Positions 13,134 through 25,225 of a DNA stretch of 64,000 nucleotides are shown here, piece by piece. A model generated the notes under the pieces. That model did no database searches. It was given only the letters and a program-made list of their open reading frames with translations, and was not told where the DNA came from. The stretch comes from Amphiscolops sp. MND2022 (Eukaryota), in the NCBI GenBank assembly GCA_964187785.1, contig OZ076409.1, forward strand, positions 79,858,001 to 79,922,000, read 5' to 3'. Each line of letters starts with the position of its first letter. Position 1 is the stretch's first letter. A program made the position numbers and the translations under genes.

Positions 13134-13151
13134 TGGCGACCACAGAGGGAT
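13134..13151 (+). promoter_or_regulatory. Gypsy primer-binding site, probably tRNA-Arg
   Basis: tggcgaccacagagggat resembles the complement of a tRNA-Arg 3' end; lies 15 nt after the LTR end. Confidence 0.6.
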
Positions 13152-15629
13152 CGTCTTGGGAAGCTTTCCCGAGCGGTTTTTAAAAGATCTGGCCCCTGGT
13201 GATCAGCGCCAAGCCCGTTTCGACTCTGGAAAAGGAGAGAGAAGTAGAGTTTTGCCCTTTTTTAGTCGTGTGACAATCTACTGGAACTGGGAGAAGCGTT
13301 GAACTAGAGAAAACCCGAAAAAATCACGTTTTCAGGTGTGAAAAAGGCATTTTTAGGTGTTTTAGAAGAAAATCGCTATTTTTGTGTGATGTGTTATGTA
13401 CCCATCAGCGGGCATCTTTTTGCAGGTACAGAAGACCGTAGCACGTGGCTGCGGGTGTTTAACAGGTTTTGCGAGCTATTTTCAGCCATTTTATGCCATG
13501 CAAGAAGGTAACTGGTGGATGATTGGCCATGAGCCAGCGAGGCGAGGGAAGAGTCGATTTGTGTGTTGTCTACTTTCTACTCCCATTTCTCGGGGAGACG
13601 TCTTAGAGGTATGGTTTTTGGTGGACAGCAAGTGCAACAGCAGACGGTGCTAATGCTCCAAACCGCGTGTCTCTGTCTGGTCTGGATGTGGAGAAAAAAC
13701 GTGGAGAAGATACACCCCCTGTGACCAGACAGATGGCTCATGGTAGGCAAAAATTTTGAAAATGCGCCTTTTTCGACGGGGAATTGTTGGTGCAGGTCAG
13801 TGACGTTTTATCGCAAATGTAACGACACCCTATGAAGTGCTTTTCTGCGAAAAAGATGGCACTCGAGCGAAAAAAACCTCGTTTTTGCGTTTTGTTTGGT
13901 GTTTTTCTTGGTTTTGAGCACTCGTGCTCAGTGGAACCAGGAAAACTTTGCGAAAAGTGTTGTAAAAAGCAACTACAAGGCTCGGGAAAGCTGGTACAAG
14001 GCACGAGAGGCAGTATTCTGACCTTTGGTTGTGATAAAAGTGCCGATTTAGTACCAGAAAATTGCAAAAAAGTGGAAATTTGGCCAAAAATGCACCTAAA
14101 AGCACAGGCGTACACTTGTGTAGAAGCATAGAAAAGCAGTGTACGGTGTTTTTCAAGCGTAACTAACCCACAGGACACTAACTGCAACTTTTGTAGCGGA
14201 TTCAGGCAGCCCGGGGCTGACACGGTGTAAAAAACCTGTGATTTAAGGCGTTTTCAGGCATAGAAAGTGCATTGTCTGAAAGTCTTGGGAGCAAAGTCTA
14301 ATTGAACAGAGCGGCTCCGAACACTCTTTTTTTGTTTTTGTGATAAAAATAACGCGTGGTGGTGAAAACCGCGTGTAAAAATTCTCGTTCAGTGCTGAGA
14401 AAAGTGGAAAAACGCACTGGATTTGGTCAATTTTCCACTAAACCAGACTGTCTCCAGAATAGGGTCGGGTCACTCAATTCCGAACCCTAGCCAAAAAGTG
14501 GTTGCATTTTTGTAATCACCACAAAAATTAACGTCAGTGCCGAAAATTTGGTGAGTGTATCGGTCACCAAAGTCGAGAAAAGCTCTCTGACGTTTCGACT
14601 TCAGAGAAGCATAAAAAGACCGAAAAAATCCAAAACTGCAGGACTGTCAGTGCCTTATACCTAACGGGCACAACCAATTGAAGGTTTATCCCAGTTCTAC
14701 GGATAGTGGGGCAACACGTTGGTCCCATTTTGCCCGCCGTATCACTTCCTGAGGTGATCCTCTTGGTCAATTTGTGAAAAAAGTGGTCAAAAACAGTGTT
14801 TTTTCGTGTACAACGTACATAGTGGGTCGAAACCTCAAATAAGCGCTCGCGCTTCAATTCGACCATTTTAGTGGCATTGTAGGTGCCCACTGGCATAGAC
14901 TACCAAGTTTGGTGCCAATCTGTGTGATACTTGTTGAGAAAATAGGAAAAACGTGGCACCCAAAAAGGTGCGCAAAAAGGCAGTTTTTTCTTAGTTTTTC
15001 CAAGTAACCCGGGCACCTTAGCCGACGGGTGGGGCTATATTGCAGCCCACCATTGTAACTTGTGCTAGTTCCTACGTTGCTGCAGAGAATTTGAGCTTGC
15101 TAGCTCTTTCCAGTGGACCGCAATCTTGAAAAAGACGTGAAAAACAGTGCATCTCAGTACATAGTGGTACCGCACGTCTGTACCTAGGTGAAACTGTGTA
15201 GAAGGGGCGCAGCTCAAAACTGTGTTCATTTTCGTAAACCTACGTGTACCTAAGATCTGCTGGTGAATTTTGGGGCTTGATACAGCGTTTCCAGCGCACA
15301 CACGAGCCTCTTGAGTCTTGTTGTGCGATTTTTGGAAAATCCAAAAATTCCTTGAAATTCTTCCTGTGAGTGACCGGAGACCTTCTGCCCTAAACCAGGT
15401 TGATTTTCTGGCCCAGTGTGCTTGTGAGGAAGCGCTGTGCGAATTTGAGCAGCCTACGACCCCTAGAACGCATTTCGGAAAATTGAGGACATAGCCAACC
15501 ACAATTTTCTTAAGTCCTCACCGAAACGAATAGAGAGCTGATAGTGACTGAGCGGCCCCCGTACTCTCTGAAATCCAACCAGGGGCGGCGTCTGAGTTAC
15601 TAGTGCTCGTTTGGCCACTGATATAGTGC

Positions 15630-17960
15630 ATGATAGCCATGCGAGGTCCAGCGAAGTCCGACCTGAGCTCGCAGTCTTGGGCAACACATGAATCCTCGAT
15701 GGACGGTTCGCATTTTCCAGACGAAATGTCTGACGAAGTTACTACAGAACAACAACGCAAGGAGGAATTGGCCGCCATGGCTCCCCCCTCCGACGGTTCA
15801 GTCACTTCTGGAAGCTCCCGCCGCACTGAGCAATGGGTCGACGAGACATGCCGCGAAAGAGCCAACGAGGCAGAAGAGGAGTGGCCCAACTCAAATGTAA
15901 CTAACGAGCCTGTAGCTGAGGAAGGGTGCTCTCGAGCACCCCTGAGCGAAGAAACGAATTTGCGCTTGCAAGTCGCTGTGGACCAAGACCTCACCTATGT
16001 GGAAAACGCGAATTATTCGAGACCACAAGGGTCAGGACTCGCTCGAGGGATCACTCGAGTTTGTGCCTACGGAAAGCACAAGAGGGTGCGACCGCCCATG
16101 ATGAACGCAGGGGAACGCTACCTCGATGCACCGCGTACGAGGAGCGCGGCTGGCTCAGTGGCATCGTCCCAGCGGTCCTCGGTGTATAAGGCAGCACTAT
16201 TGGATGCCCAAGCTGAGACCCAGCGTGCCTTAGCAGGATTAGCCAGCACTCGTGCTGAGTGCAATGAGCAGCATCATGCCATCGTCGAGAACATGAGAAC
16301 GATGCAAATGACGATGCGGGAAGGGCTACAAGTCAGTGACTAACTGCGTACTGCGCAGAATGTGCAGAGTGCCCGAGTAGACACACTAGGCCATCGAATG
16401 GGCGAAATGAATGACTTGCTAATGGCCCGTGAGCTGCGCGTATAGACCCAGATCAACGACTTGAGCAACCAAATGCATACTGTGCTCAACGCTATCAACA
16501 CCATGAGGCGTGAGAGGTCCCTCCCGCGACCACCTGGTGCAGGAGAGGGTATGCCAGCTGGGAGCTCCACCAAGGCTCCGGAACAACCACACCCAAGTCG
16601 AGCGATAAAGCCGGAGTTAACCAGCGCGCTGAAACCTAGTGCCTCCAAACCAACAGTGCCTGAAACTCGGGTCAAGGATCCAGTGCTCATCATGTCTGAC
16701 ACGGATCGCAAGCCTGCACGAGTGCAGATGAGAGGGCCCCATGACTCCTACTCTACGAGTCTGTTGACCCCATCTGCAGCCAAAAGCGCCACCCGAGACC
16801 AAGGTGTGGACCCAATGTCAACTATCTATCTAGATTCCTCTACCGAAATTGATTTAGCCAGCACCAAAGTCACACTGGGATCCCAAACCGAAGGAGCCGC
16901 GTACGTGACGGCCCCTACCACGATGTCCGGACCAAATTCCCTGTACCTGACAGCCGACCTAACAGCCTATGACGGAATGCCCTCGGGCACTCCCTGTGCG
17001 AGCAGCACTCGAAAAAAGGAAGAGACGATGGATCTATCGGTGCAAGCCACGCACGGTAGTGACAATGGAACGGACGAGGTGGAACCGAAGGAAGGAGAGG
17101 CTGCAGTCATCTCCCCGAGCAGCTAAGGTTCACCGCCGCCATATCCAAAGCTATGTCTAAGGAGCTGGCGCCTTTGCTCGCAGGGCGGGATCTGGCCCAA
17201 ACCAGACCCAACGTGTATCGTGGTTCCAAGGATGGGTCTATCGATGGATGGATCCTCGTCATGCAGAGATACCTGAAACGAATCCAGACCAAGGTCTCGG
17301 CTGAAGACCGGGCCTGGAGCATCATCAGTCACCTCGAAGGTGAAGCTCGCAACTACATCATCAACAAAGCCGAGTCTGAACGTGACACTCCCGAAAAGGT
17401 ATTCGAGCTTTTATCCAATCGCATGCAGGTACGGCAAACTTTCCAAAGTCGTGTCCAACAAGAGAAGGAGGACTGGATGCAGTACCTGGACGCTCTAGAG
17501 GGTCTCAGAAGTCAGGGCGTCCCGCAGGAGAGTATCACTACCAAACGCTATGAGATCCTGCAACGCTTTATGGAAGGTGTGCGAGATCCAGTGTTGCGAC
17601 GAGAGCTCGCCATAGTGTACGCCTCAGAAACCTTCCTCACGGACCCCCTATGGTGGAGTCTTTGCGCTTCACCACTCGCCAATTACAGCGTAACCGCCCC
17701 AAACCAACACAACCCCAACAACCTTTTGATCCCCGATTAGCCATGAGGTCTCGAACTCATCCTTTTGTACCGTTGCCGCCGAACAAAACGGCAATGCCAC
17801 AAGGCGTATTGCCACCCCCGGCGCCTCCCTCAAAAGCCCCAGCAGCTCCCGCTGTTATGGTTCCCGCCCGAGTACCGGCAGGTGCTTGCTTCCACTGCGG
17901 GCAAAACGGACATTTCGCTCGCGAGTGTCCTAATCGCGAGCCAGCCCGCAAACCCCTGGC
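15630..17960 (+). pseudogene. Gypsy gag (long disordered/coiled-coil N-terminus, capsid, CCHC knuckle), disrupted
   Basis: ORFs 15630-16343 and 16461-17126 are in one frame with stops; capsid-like PNVYRGSKDGSIDGWILVMQRYL..SHLEGEARNY..RFMEGVRDP; zinc knuckle CFHCGQNGHFAREC. Confidence 0.8.
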
Positions 17961-20900
17961 CGCCTCCGAACCTGAAGGCGTGAAAGTCACTGCCGAAGAC
18001 ACAACCGATGGGATTCTCGAAGGTTATCGCGGAATCTACCAATGCACCAACTGTGGAGTCTTTGACCATGCCGGAGTGCAATGTGGCGAGCACTCCCAAA
18101 CCCAGAAGCCCAACGATGAATTTGCCTACAACCGATGGGCTGAAGTTGAATCCGCTGGCGTCGCCGCGCATACAGTGCCTTTAGAAGATGATCGCGTATT
18201 GATGCTACACCCGGCGCAGCCACCTGCATTCCACACTCCGTTGACGTTCACCTGCGGTGCTAAGCAAGTCCAAACCTGCTTGGAGCCTACAACATTCGAT
18301 CCGCAGGGACAAACGCTAATATCTATCCACTTGCTGTTAGCTGCCGAACAAGTCCGCAGACCAACATTGACCCTCGCGAAACTTTGGGTCGAAATGTCCA
18401 TCCTCTACACACGAGTCGAATTGCCCCGTCCAAAGGAGTGGTACGCTCCGGGAGAGTCCAAAACCCTGACGACGTACTCTCCAGTGCCCGTCTGCGCGAC
18501 GATCGATGGCGTAGATGTGAAGTTCGAAGCTTGCGTGGTGGTTGATGTATTCCCAACTGGCCTATGCCTGGGCCCTCAAGAACTGAAGTGCTACAACATA
18601 AATCACCAAGAACCAACTGGTGAAGCACGTATAGATGAGCGTGCGTCGCTCGTTGTCTCTTTCGTCGTGCCCCACGCGGCACCTATCCCATTGCGAGGAC
18701 TGGTGGACACTGGTTCTGGCGTGTCCATATTGACATTCTCTGCTTTCAAAAGAGTGGCAGCGCAGACCGGTACTGTCCTGAAACCATACCAGGTGGACTT
18801 GTATGCCGCCAATGGAAAGACGATAAAGACCTACGGCCTGGCAGAACGTATCCACTTCCAATTGGGAGGATACGAACTTGAAACGAACTTTGTCGTGGTG
18901 GATGACGCTATGGGTGTGGAAGACTTCCTTATAGGGCGGAATTTCCTCCGCTCCTACCAGGTCTTAGTGGACCTTACATCCATGAAAATCGTGGTGCGAG
19001 CACCAGTGAAACATGTCTGGCATCATGCACATGCACAGGTAGGTGACGCTTCAATAACTACCCCGGTTGTTCTGGACTGTGACGTAGTCCTGCAGCCTTT
19101 CGAACGTGCGGTGGCTAGAGCTAAGCTCGTCACCGATGCGCTGGAGCCAATGATCTTCCAAAGCGTAGCGCTCAACGCCTCTTTGTCTGACACTTCATTG
19201 CATAATGTCGTCTTTTTAGAGGACAAAGTGGCCACTGTCAGTGAGACAGGCACGTTGTACGTGAGTCTGATAAACCTCACCAGTAACCAACAACGCGTGC
19301 GGTGTGGTGTTCAACTGGGCACCGTAGTACCCGTGTCATTAGTGTACCAGGCAGTGCCTCAGAATCTGGTCTCTTCTACAACAACCAGTAAAGAAACTAA
19401 CGCCGACAACGGTCGAGCAATTTTTGTTTGTAAATACAGTGAAATGAATCTATCCACTGCTTCTGAGTTGACTTCTTCTTCAGAATTTGAGTTTTTATCC
19501 TCAACTGATCCTAGTGAGTCAGGACTTTCGGAGCGTGAAATTCGCAAACGTACCGATCCAGAGCTAATGGCTCTGATTCCCGGACCAGACTCTCAGCTGC
19601 AAGAAGTTAAGGATTTATGGGGCGCTAGCGCCTGCGAGTCCCTCGATAGGATCCCTAATGAGTTCGATGATTTGTTCATGAAACACAAAGCTGACATCGG
19701 CCGCTGTACTATCGCTAAACACACCGTAGAGGTGGAGCCAGGGGCTGTGCCGCATCGCCAAGGTGCTCGTAGGATGTCCCCTGAAAAAGCTGAGCGTGCC
19801 AACCAAGAGTTGCGGAACCTCTTGGCTTTGGGAATGATACGACCCTCGCTGTCCGCTAGGGCGAGTGGCATTGTGATGGTAAAAAAGAAAAACGGGGAGT
19901 TACGCTTCTGCTGCGACTTCCGCCCGTTAAACGAGGTGACCACCAAAGATGCCTACCCTTTGCCTCGCATAGATGAAAGCCTGGCCCGGCTTGGTAAGGC
20001 CAAGATCTATACCAGCATAGACCTTGCCTGGGCATTTTGGCAAATTCCTGTGCGAAAGGCGGATCGTCACAAAACCGCTTTTGCTTGCGAATTAGGGTTT
20101 TTTGAGTGGCGGCGAATGCCATTCGGCATGTGTAACGCTTCAGCCACTTTCCAGCGAGCGATAGCGCGCGCTACGGAACATTGTCAACCGCGAAGGCAGC
20201 ATGGTGATGGCCTACATCGATGACATTGTGATTGCAACCGAGACTGTGGAAGACCACATGGCACGACTACGCGAAGTCTTTGAGTGCCTCCGTGAAGCTG
20301 GTTTCAAAATGCGCGTATCCAAGTGCGATTTCATGAAGTCGGAGATCAAATATTTGGGACGTGTCGTCTCCGCGGAAGGCGTGAAACCAGACCCGAAATC
20401 CGTTGTTAAATTGCGCGACTGGGAGATTCCCCGCAACAAAACAGAAATGCAGAGCTTCCTGGGGTTCGCCAACTACTATCGCGAATTTATTCCCTGGCAC
20501 GCCAATTTAGTCGCACCCCTACACACCGTTACCGGGCTCAACGTCACGTTCACTTGGGGTCCCGAACAGCAAAAAGCATTTAACGAAATCAAGAAAGCAC
20601 TGATCGAGGCGACTGCGCTTGCGCAGCCCGATTCCGAAGGAGAGTTCGTGCTGGACACTGACGCCAGCGCTGTTGCCATCTCTGGCATCCTCCACCAATG
20701 GCAAGGTCCTCCTGGCGAAAGGCGCCTGAAACCAATTGTGTATGGCAGCAAGAAACTCATGACCACACAAGCCAAGTATGGGGCTCCCAAATTGGAAATG
20801 TTTGCAGTCTACTACTTCATTGTGAAGTACCACAGTTATCTTTGTCCACGAAAGTTCACCCTGAAGGTGGACAACCAAGCCTTATCCTGGTTGAAGACAT

Positions 20901-23790
20901 ATTCCACGGATCAAGCACTGATTGGCCGATGGATCATGACCCTGGAGAAGTATCACTTTCGCGTGGAACACCGCCCACGAACTCAGCATCGCAACGCCGA
21001 CGGCTTGAGCAAGCGAACTAATGAATATCGATGCCGGGAGAAACAACTTGCGCAGCTGCCATCCGCGGGACAGCGTTGGAATTTCGTGTCAGCTGAGGAA
21101 TTCGACAAGCTCCCTGTTGTCCCCTGGTTCGACCTCCAAGGTCGGGTGATTCCGAATCATCCTGATCTCCCCGAGCATCTGCAGAACCTGGAGCCTAAGG
21201 CTCCCAGCCCAGTATTACGTGTGCTTCGCCGCACTCAACGGGCAACCCGGCAAGAGAAACAAGCAAAAACGCTGGCAGCGCCCCTGCCGCCACCACCCCC
21301 TCTCGCACTACAACCGAACGAAGAGTCCTACCCAGACTATCCGGAAGACTGGATCGATGTCACCGCCGAGGCTCGTGAAGAATATTTGTTGCCGACGCAT
21401 GCTGTCAACGTACCTTCGCGAACTGTCTACCCAGTTGCCGGAGCGAGTGCAGCCAGCCTGCAAGGTACTCCTTCGAGTGTGCGTGACTCCATCATGGCCC
21501 TCAAAGACATCGACACCGAACTTCACGAACATACTCACACTGTGCATGGAATCAAGGATTTGGTTTTAGCCCAAAACCGTGATATGCATGTACTGGCACT
21601 AAAAAACTGGTGCTGAGCGAGTCCATTGACCACGACATCTTTCCTGAGAACGTGCGTGAGTTCGCGCGTAACTACTACCGCCAGAAGAAAGATCTCTTGT
21701 TCATCAACAAAAATGATGTTCTCTGCGTACGGTATTCCCCCAACCAACGCCCCTTGCACGAACGTCCGTGCATGATCATCATGCCTCAACTATATCAACA
21801 CGAGATCTTGTTCCGTGCGCACGACGCCATGGGACACCAGGGCATCTCCAAAGTGGTAGCCCAAATCCAAGAACGCCACACATGGCCTGGCATTCGACGC
21901 ATCGTGGGTCGTTACGTTGGCCAATGTCTCACCTGCCAACAGGTACGTGATAAGCCTGGTGACGTCCGATTCCATCTGAAGAACATCCAGAGCGGATACT
22001 TCAATGAACTGGTCCAGTACGACCATCTGAAGATCTGCCCCTCAGACAACAACAACACTGGCATCTTGGTCATCATCGATCATTTCTCCAAGTTCGCAGA
22101 AGCAGTTCCTTGCAGTCATCACGACTATGACGCTGTAACTACCTCTCGGTTGTTGCTGCAGAAATGGTTTGCCCGTCATGGCACACCCACTCGAATGCAA
22201 TCAGACAATGCTCCGAACTTGACTGCCGAAGTATCCAATGAATTCCTGAAAGCAGCCCACGTCACGAAAGTGACTTCCACTGCAGGGCATCCCAGGACCC
22301 AAGGCTTGGTAGAACGCCAAAACCGAACACTGTTAACCCTACTGCGAGTCTTTTGCTCCCGCCGCATGCGCGACTGGGACCAATGTCTAGACGAAGTCAT
22401 GGGTGCCTATAATTCAACGAGGCACGCTACCACTGGCTTCTCACCCTACATGTTAACGCGGGGCATGGAGAAAGCCATTCTTCTCACGTTTCTGTACCCC
22501 GAATTTGCCGCCAAATCCTTCAAAACGCATGAAGCGTACGTCGATCACGTGTTGGCTCGCCAACAAGAGATTCATGACTTGGTGCGACATAACACACACC
22601 AAGCTCAACTACGTCAAAAACTAAAGTACGATCGTGCAATACAAGCGCGAGCCTACCAGCCGGGAGAGCTCGTCTGGATTTTTTGCCGTTACGTGCCGCA
22701 ACAAGGCTCCTCCAAGCTAATGCGCGCTTGGCGTGGCCCTCACAAAGTTGTGCAAGTCTTCCAGGACGGTCGTGTCTACGTGCTGGACACGGGCCAAAAG
22801 GTTCATTTCGAGCGCCTCAACCCACATCACAGTGGCCCTCTTGAACTCGCTGCTGCACCCGCGGACAGCGGCGAAGTAGTGGTACTTATCGACCCCGAGC
22901 CTGAACGCTCCGTTGACGTGGTTGAAGACGACAAATCGCTTCCCTCATATAAGTCCGAACAACTGCTTTCAGAAGCGTCCGATGCGTCCTTGCCCTCACG
23001 CAAACGTCACTGGATGGACACTCGATTACGTACAAAGCTACGCGCAGGAGGCTTGCGTATGCATTACCAGCAATTTGACTATTCCACGTCGGGTACTGAT
23101 GACGAATTATCTGATGTCATGTTGCCGGTACCTCCGGATCTATTTGATGCAGGTCAAGCGGAGCCCGAGGCTCCTCCGACTGCTTCAGATCAATCGATAT
23201 CACCCGCTCGTGTTCTACCTAAACTATTCTACGACCATGAGCGCGTGCGCTCACCGTCTCCACAAATCTTTTCCTCTGATAAGGACTCATTGCCGGGGAC
23301 ATCGGCATCCTTATTAACGAACCCCTCATTGACTAATTTCCTCAGCAACTATCACATCTGGCCGACCGCTCCCCCAATTCCTCTGAAATCTGCCAGCGAT
23401 GAGAGTGACGTTCAGCCCAAAGTGCCTGACATTCCCGCAGCGTCGCCCGGAGCGGGGACCGCTCCTTCTTTTAAAAGGGGGAGGGGGAGACCGCCCAAGG
23501 CGCAGAAGAAACGGCTAGTCCGAGCAAAGGCAAAAACGAGGGAGAAAGAATCAACCACGAACGTTGAAACCAAGGCCTCAGCCGAAACAGCAACCCAGGC
23601 CGAGACCGAAAACCCAAAATCCGCAGAAGCATCTGAAGCTCCAAGATATCAACTGAGGAGTAAGCGACAGCCGCGCTACAAATGCGGAACCTGCGGGCTG
23701 CGAGACTGTGTCTGCTTGTTAGCTGTGAAAGAGAACCGGAGGGTTCCCACTGGAGCCCGGGGAGTTCCTCCGGAAGAGGGAGAAAACTAG
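17961..23790 (+). pseudogene. Gypsy pol (protease, dUTPase-like spacer, RT, RNase H, integrase), frameshifts at ~20170-20200 and ~21600
   Basis: PR LVDTGSGVS..IGRNFL; RT LRFCCDFRPLN, MPFGMCNASATFQR, AYIDD; RH DTDAS..KLEMFAV..VDNQAL..NADGLS; IN AHDAMGHQG..CLTCQ, IDHFSKF, SDNAPN, GLVERQNRTL, GPH. Confidence 0.95.
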
Positions 23791-24298
23791 TGCACCGCCT
23801 CACAGTGCGGGCCGAGAAAACCTACTCCGCCGTGGAACGATCTGGAAATCACCCCGTGGACGCTATCCTTGAGAAGCTATCATTACCTGGAGTAGAGAAA
23901 GCTCCTTGCCCCCGGTTTAAGGAGTGGACTAGTGATGAGAAGGGCCTGGAGTTTACCTTGCGCACCGTGATGTCCCCCGTGCCCAACAACATTGCGTTTG
24001 GACCATTCAATTTTGAAAGGGAACCCGTGCAAATGGCCCGGTGCATCACTGCTGACCTGTTGTGTGACAAGTACGGAGTGCAAGTGGAACCGGGTGGAGT
24101 ATACAGTCCTGCTCCTCATTGGTGGTTGCTGGTTACTGCTCCATGGGTGGAGACAATCGTGGAACCGCTGCACCTGCTGTCCTGTTTAGAGAGTCTTAGG
24201 ACCCTGACCACTACGGACTTGATACTTTGCTTCCATATCATAGACTGGTATCGGGGCAAGGTGAAATTTGCATGGTGGTTGGAACTGATCATCACCTG

Positions 24299-25225
24299 TG
24301 TAACGGCTGCTTGCCCTTATCCTGCGCTGAGGCTTGACAAGCTTTACGCCGCCCTGATCCGTTGCTTAGTGCTGTGGACCGTCACTAAACAATTCCTGGT
24401 TTTCTTGTTTAAAGGACTGTATCTTTTGGCTGGTGGGTCCGATGTGACCCGTGGAATCTCCTGCGATTCCGCTTTGCACTGAATTGGATCCGATGTGATC
24501 CTGCACACACACACTTCCCTCACTGTATCTTCACGCGCTCCGGCTCTCCAACTATGAGAGTAGCTACTTAGTCGCTCTGACTCTAGCGAAAAGTTGTGAA
24601 GATTAAGAAGTTGATTAATTAGTCTCGCGGTCCTAAGACCCAACTTGACTATAGCTATACAGTGGAGAAAATCTCTATCTAATAATGGTATAAATGTGGT
24701 TTACAATTCTACAGTAAATATAGAACAAATATCAGTTGAAATATGTGGTATAAATAAAATGACATTTAAGTGAATTATTAAAGTTATTGGCTATGTAAAC
24801 AAAGCACATGGTGGTTTTGGCATGTTGACTAGGCGGGCTTTAAAGCATGTTTACACAATGTAAATATCATGAATTCCAACAGAGTTACATTCTAATGTGG
24901 GTCATATGGTTAAATAACAAAGTTTACATTTTTGGTTCAATGACCTTGAACACTACACATGTGAGGGGTAAAGGGGGTTATAATGGGTGGATAACCTTGA
25001 AACTTGGCCAGTGTGTTTGGGTTATGTACCTGCATGCGTGTGCCAAGTTTCGTGGCTCTAGGGTTAACAGTCTTGGAGAAAACCCATTTGGGGGGGGGGT
25101 TTAAAGAATTGTGATGATTGGATTTTCTTCAAATTTTCATCTAAGTTTTTAAGAGTTTAAGTCTTGTTTCTCAACCAGCATGTTCCAAATCGACTTTCTT
25201 TGCCTGCTGATGACTGGCGCCAACA
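24299..25225 (-). repeat. BEL1 3' LTR (927 bp)
   Basis: Direct repeat of 31915-32840 with about 5 differences seen; TG...CA ends. Confidence 0.95.

Noticed and set aside
13160..15600. ORFs in the Gypsy leader (e.g. 13738-14223, 15065-15502)
   Set aside because: No recognisable motifs, both strands, A/T-tract-rich; treated as non-coding leader
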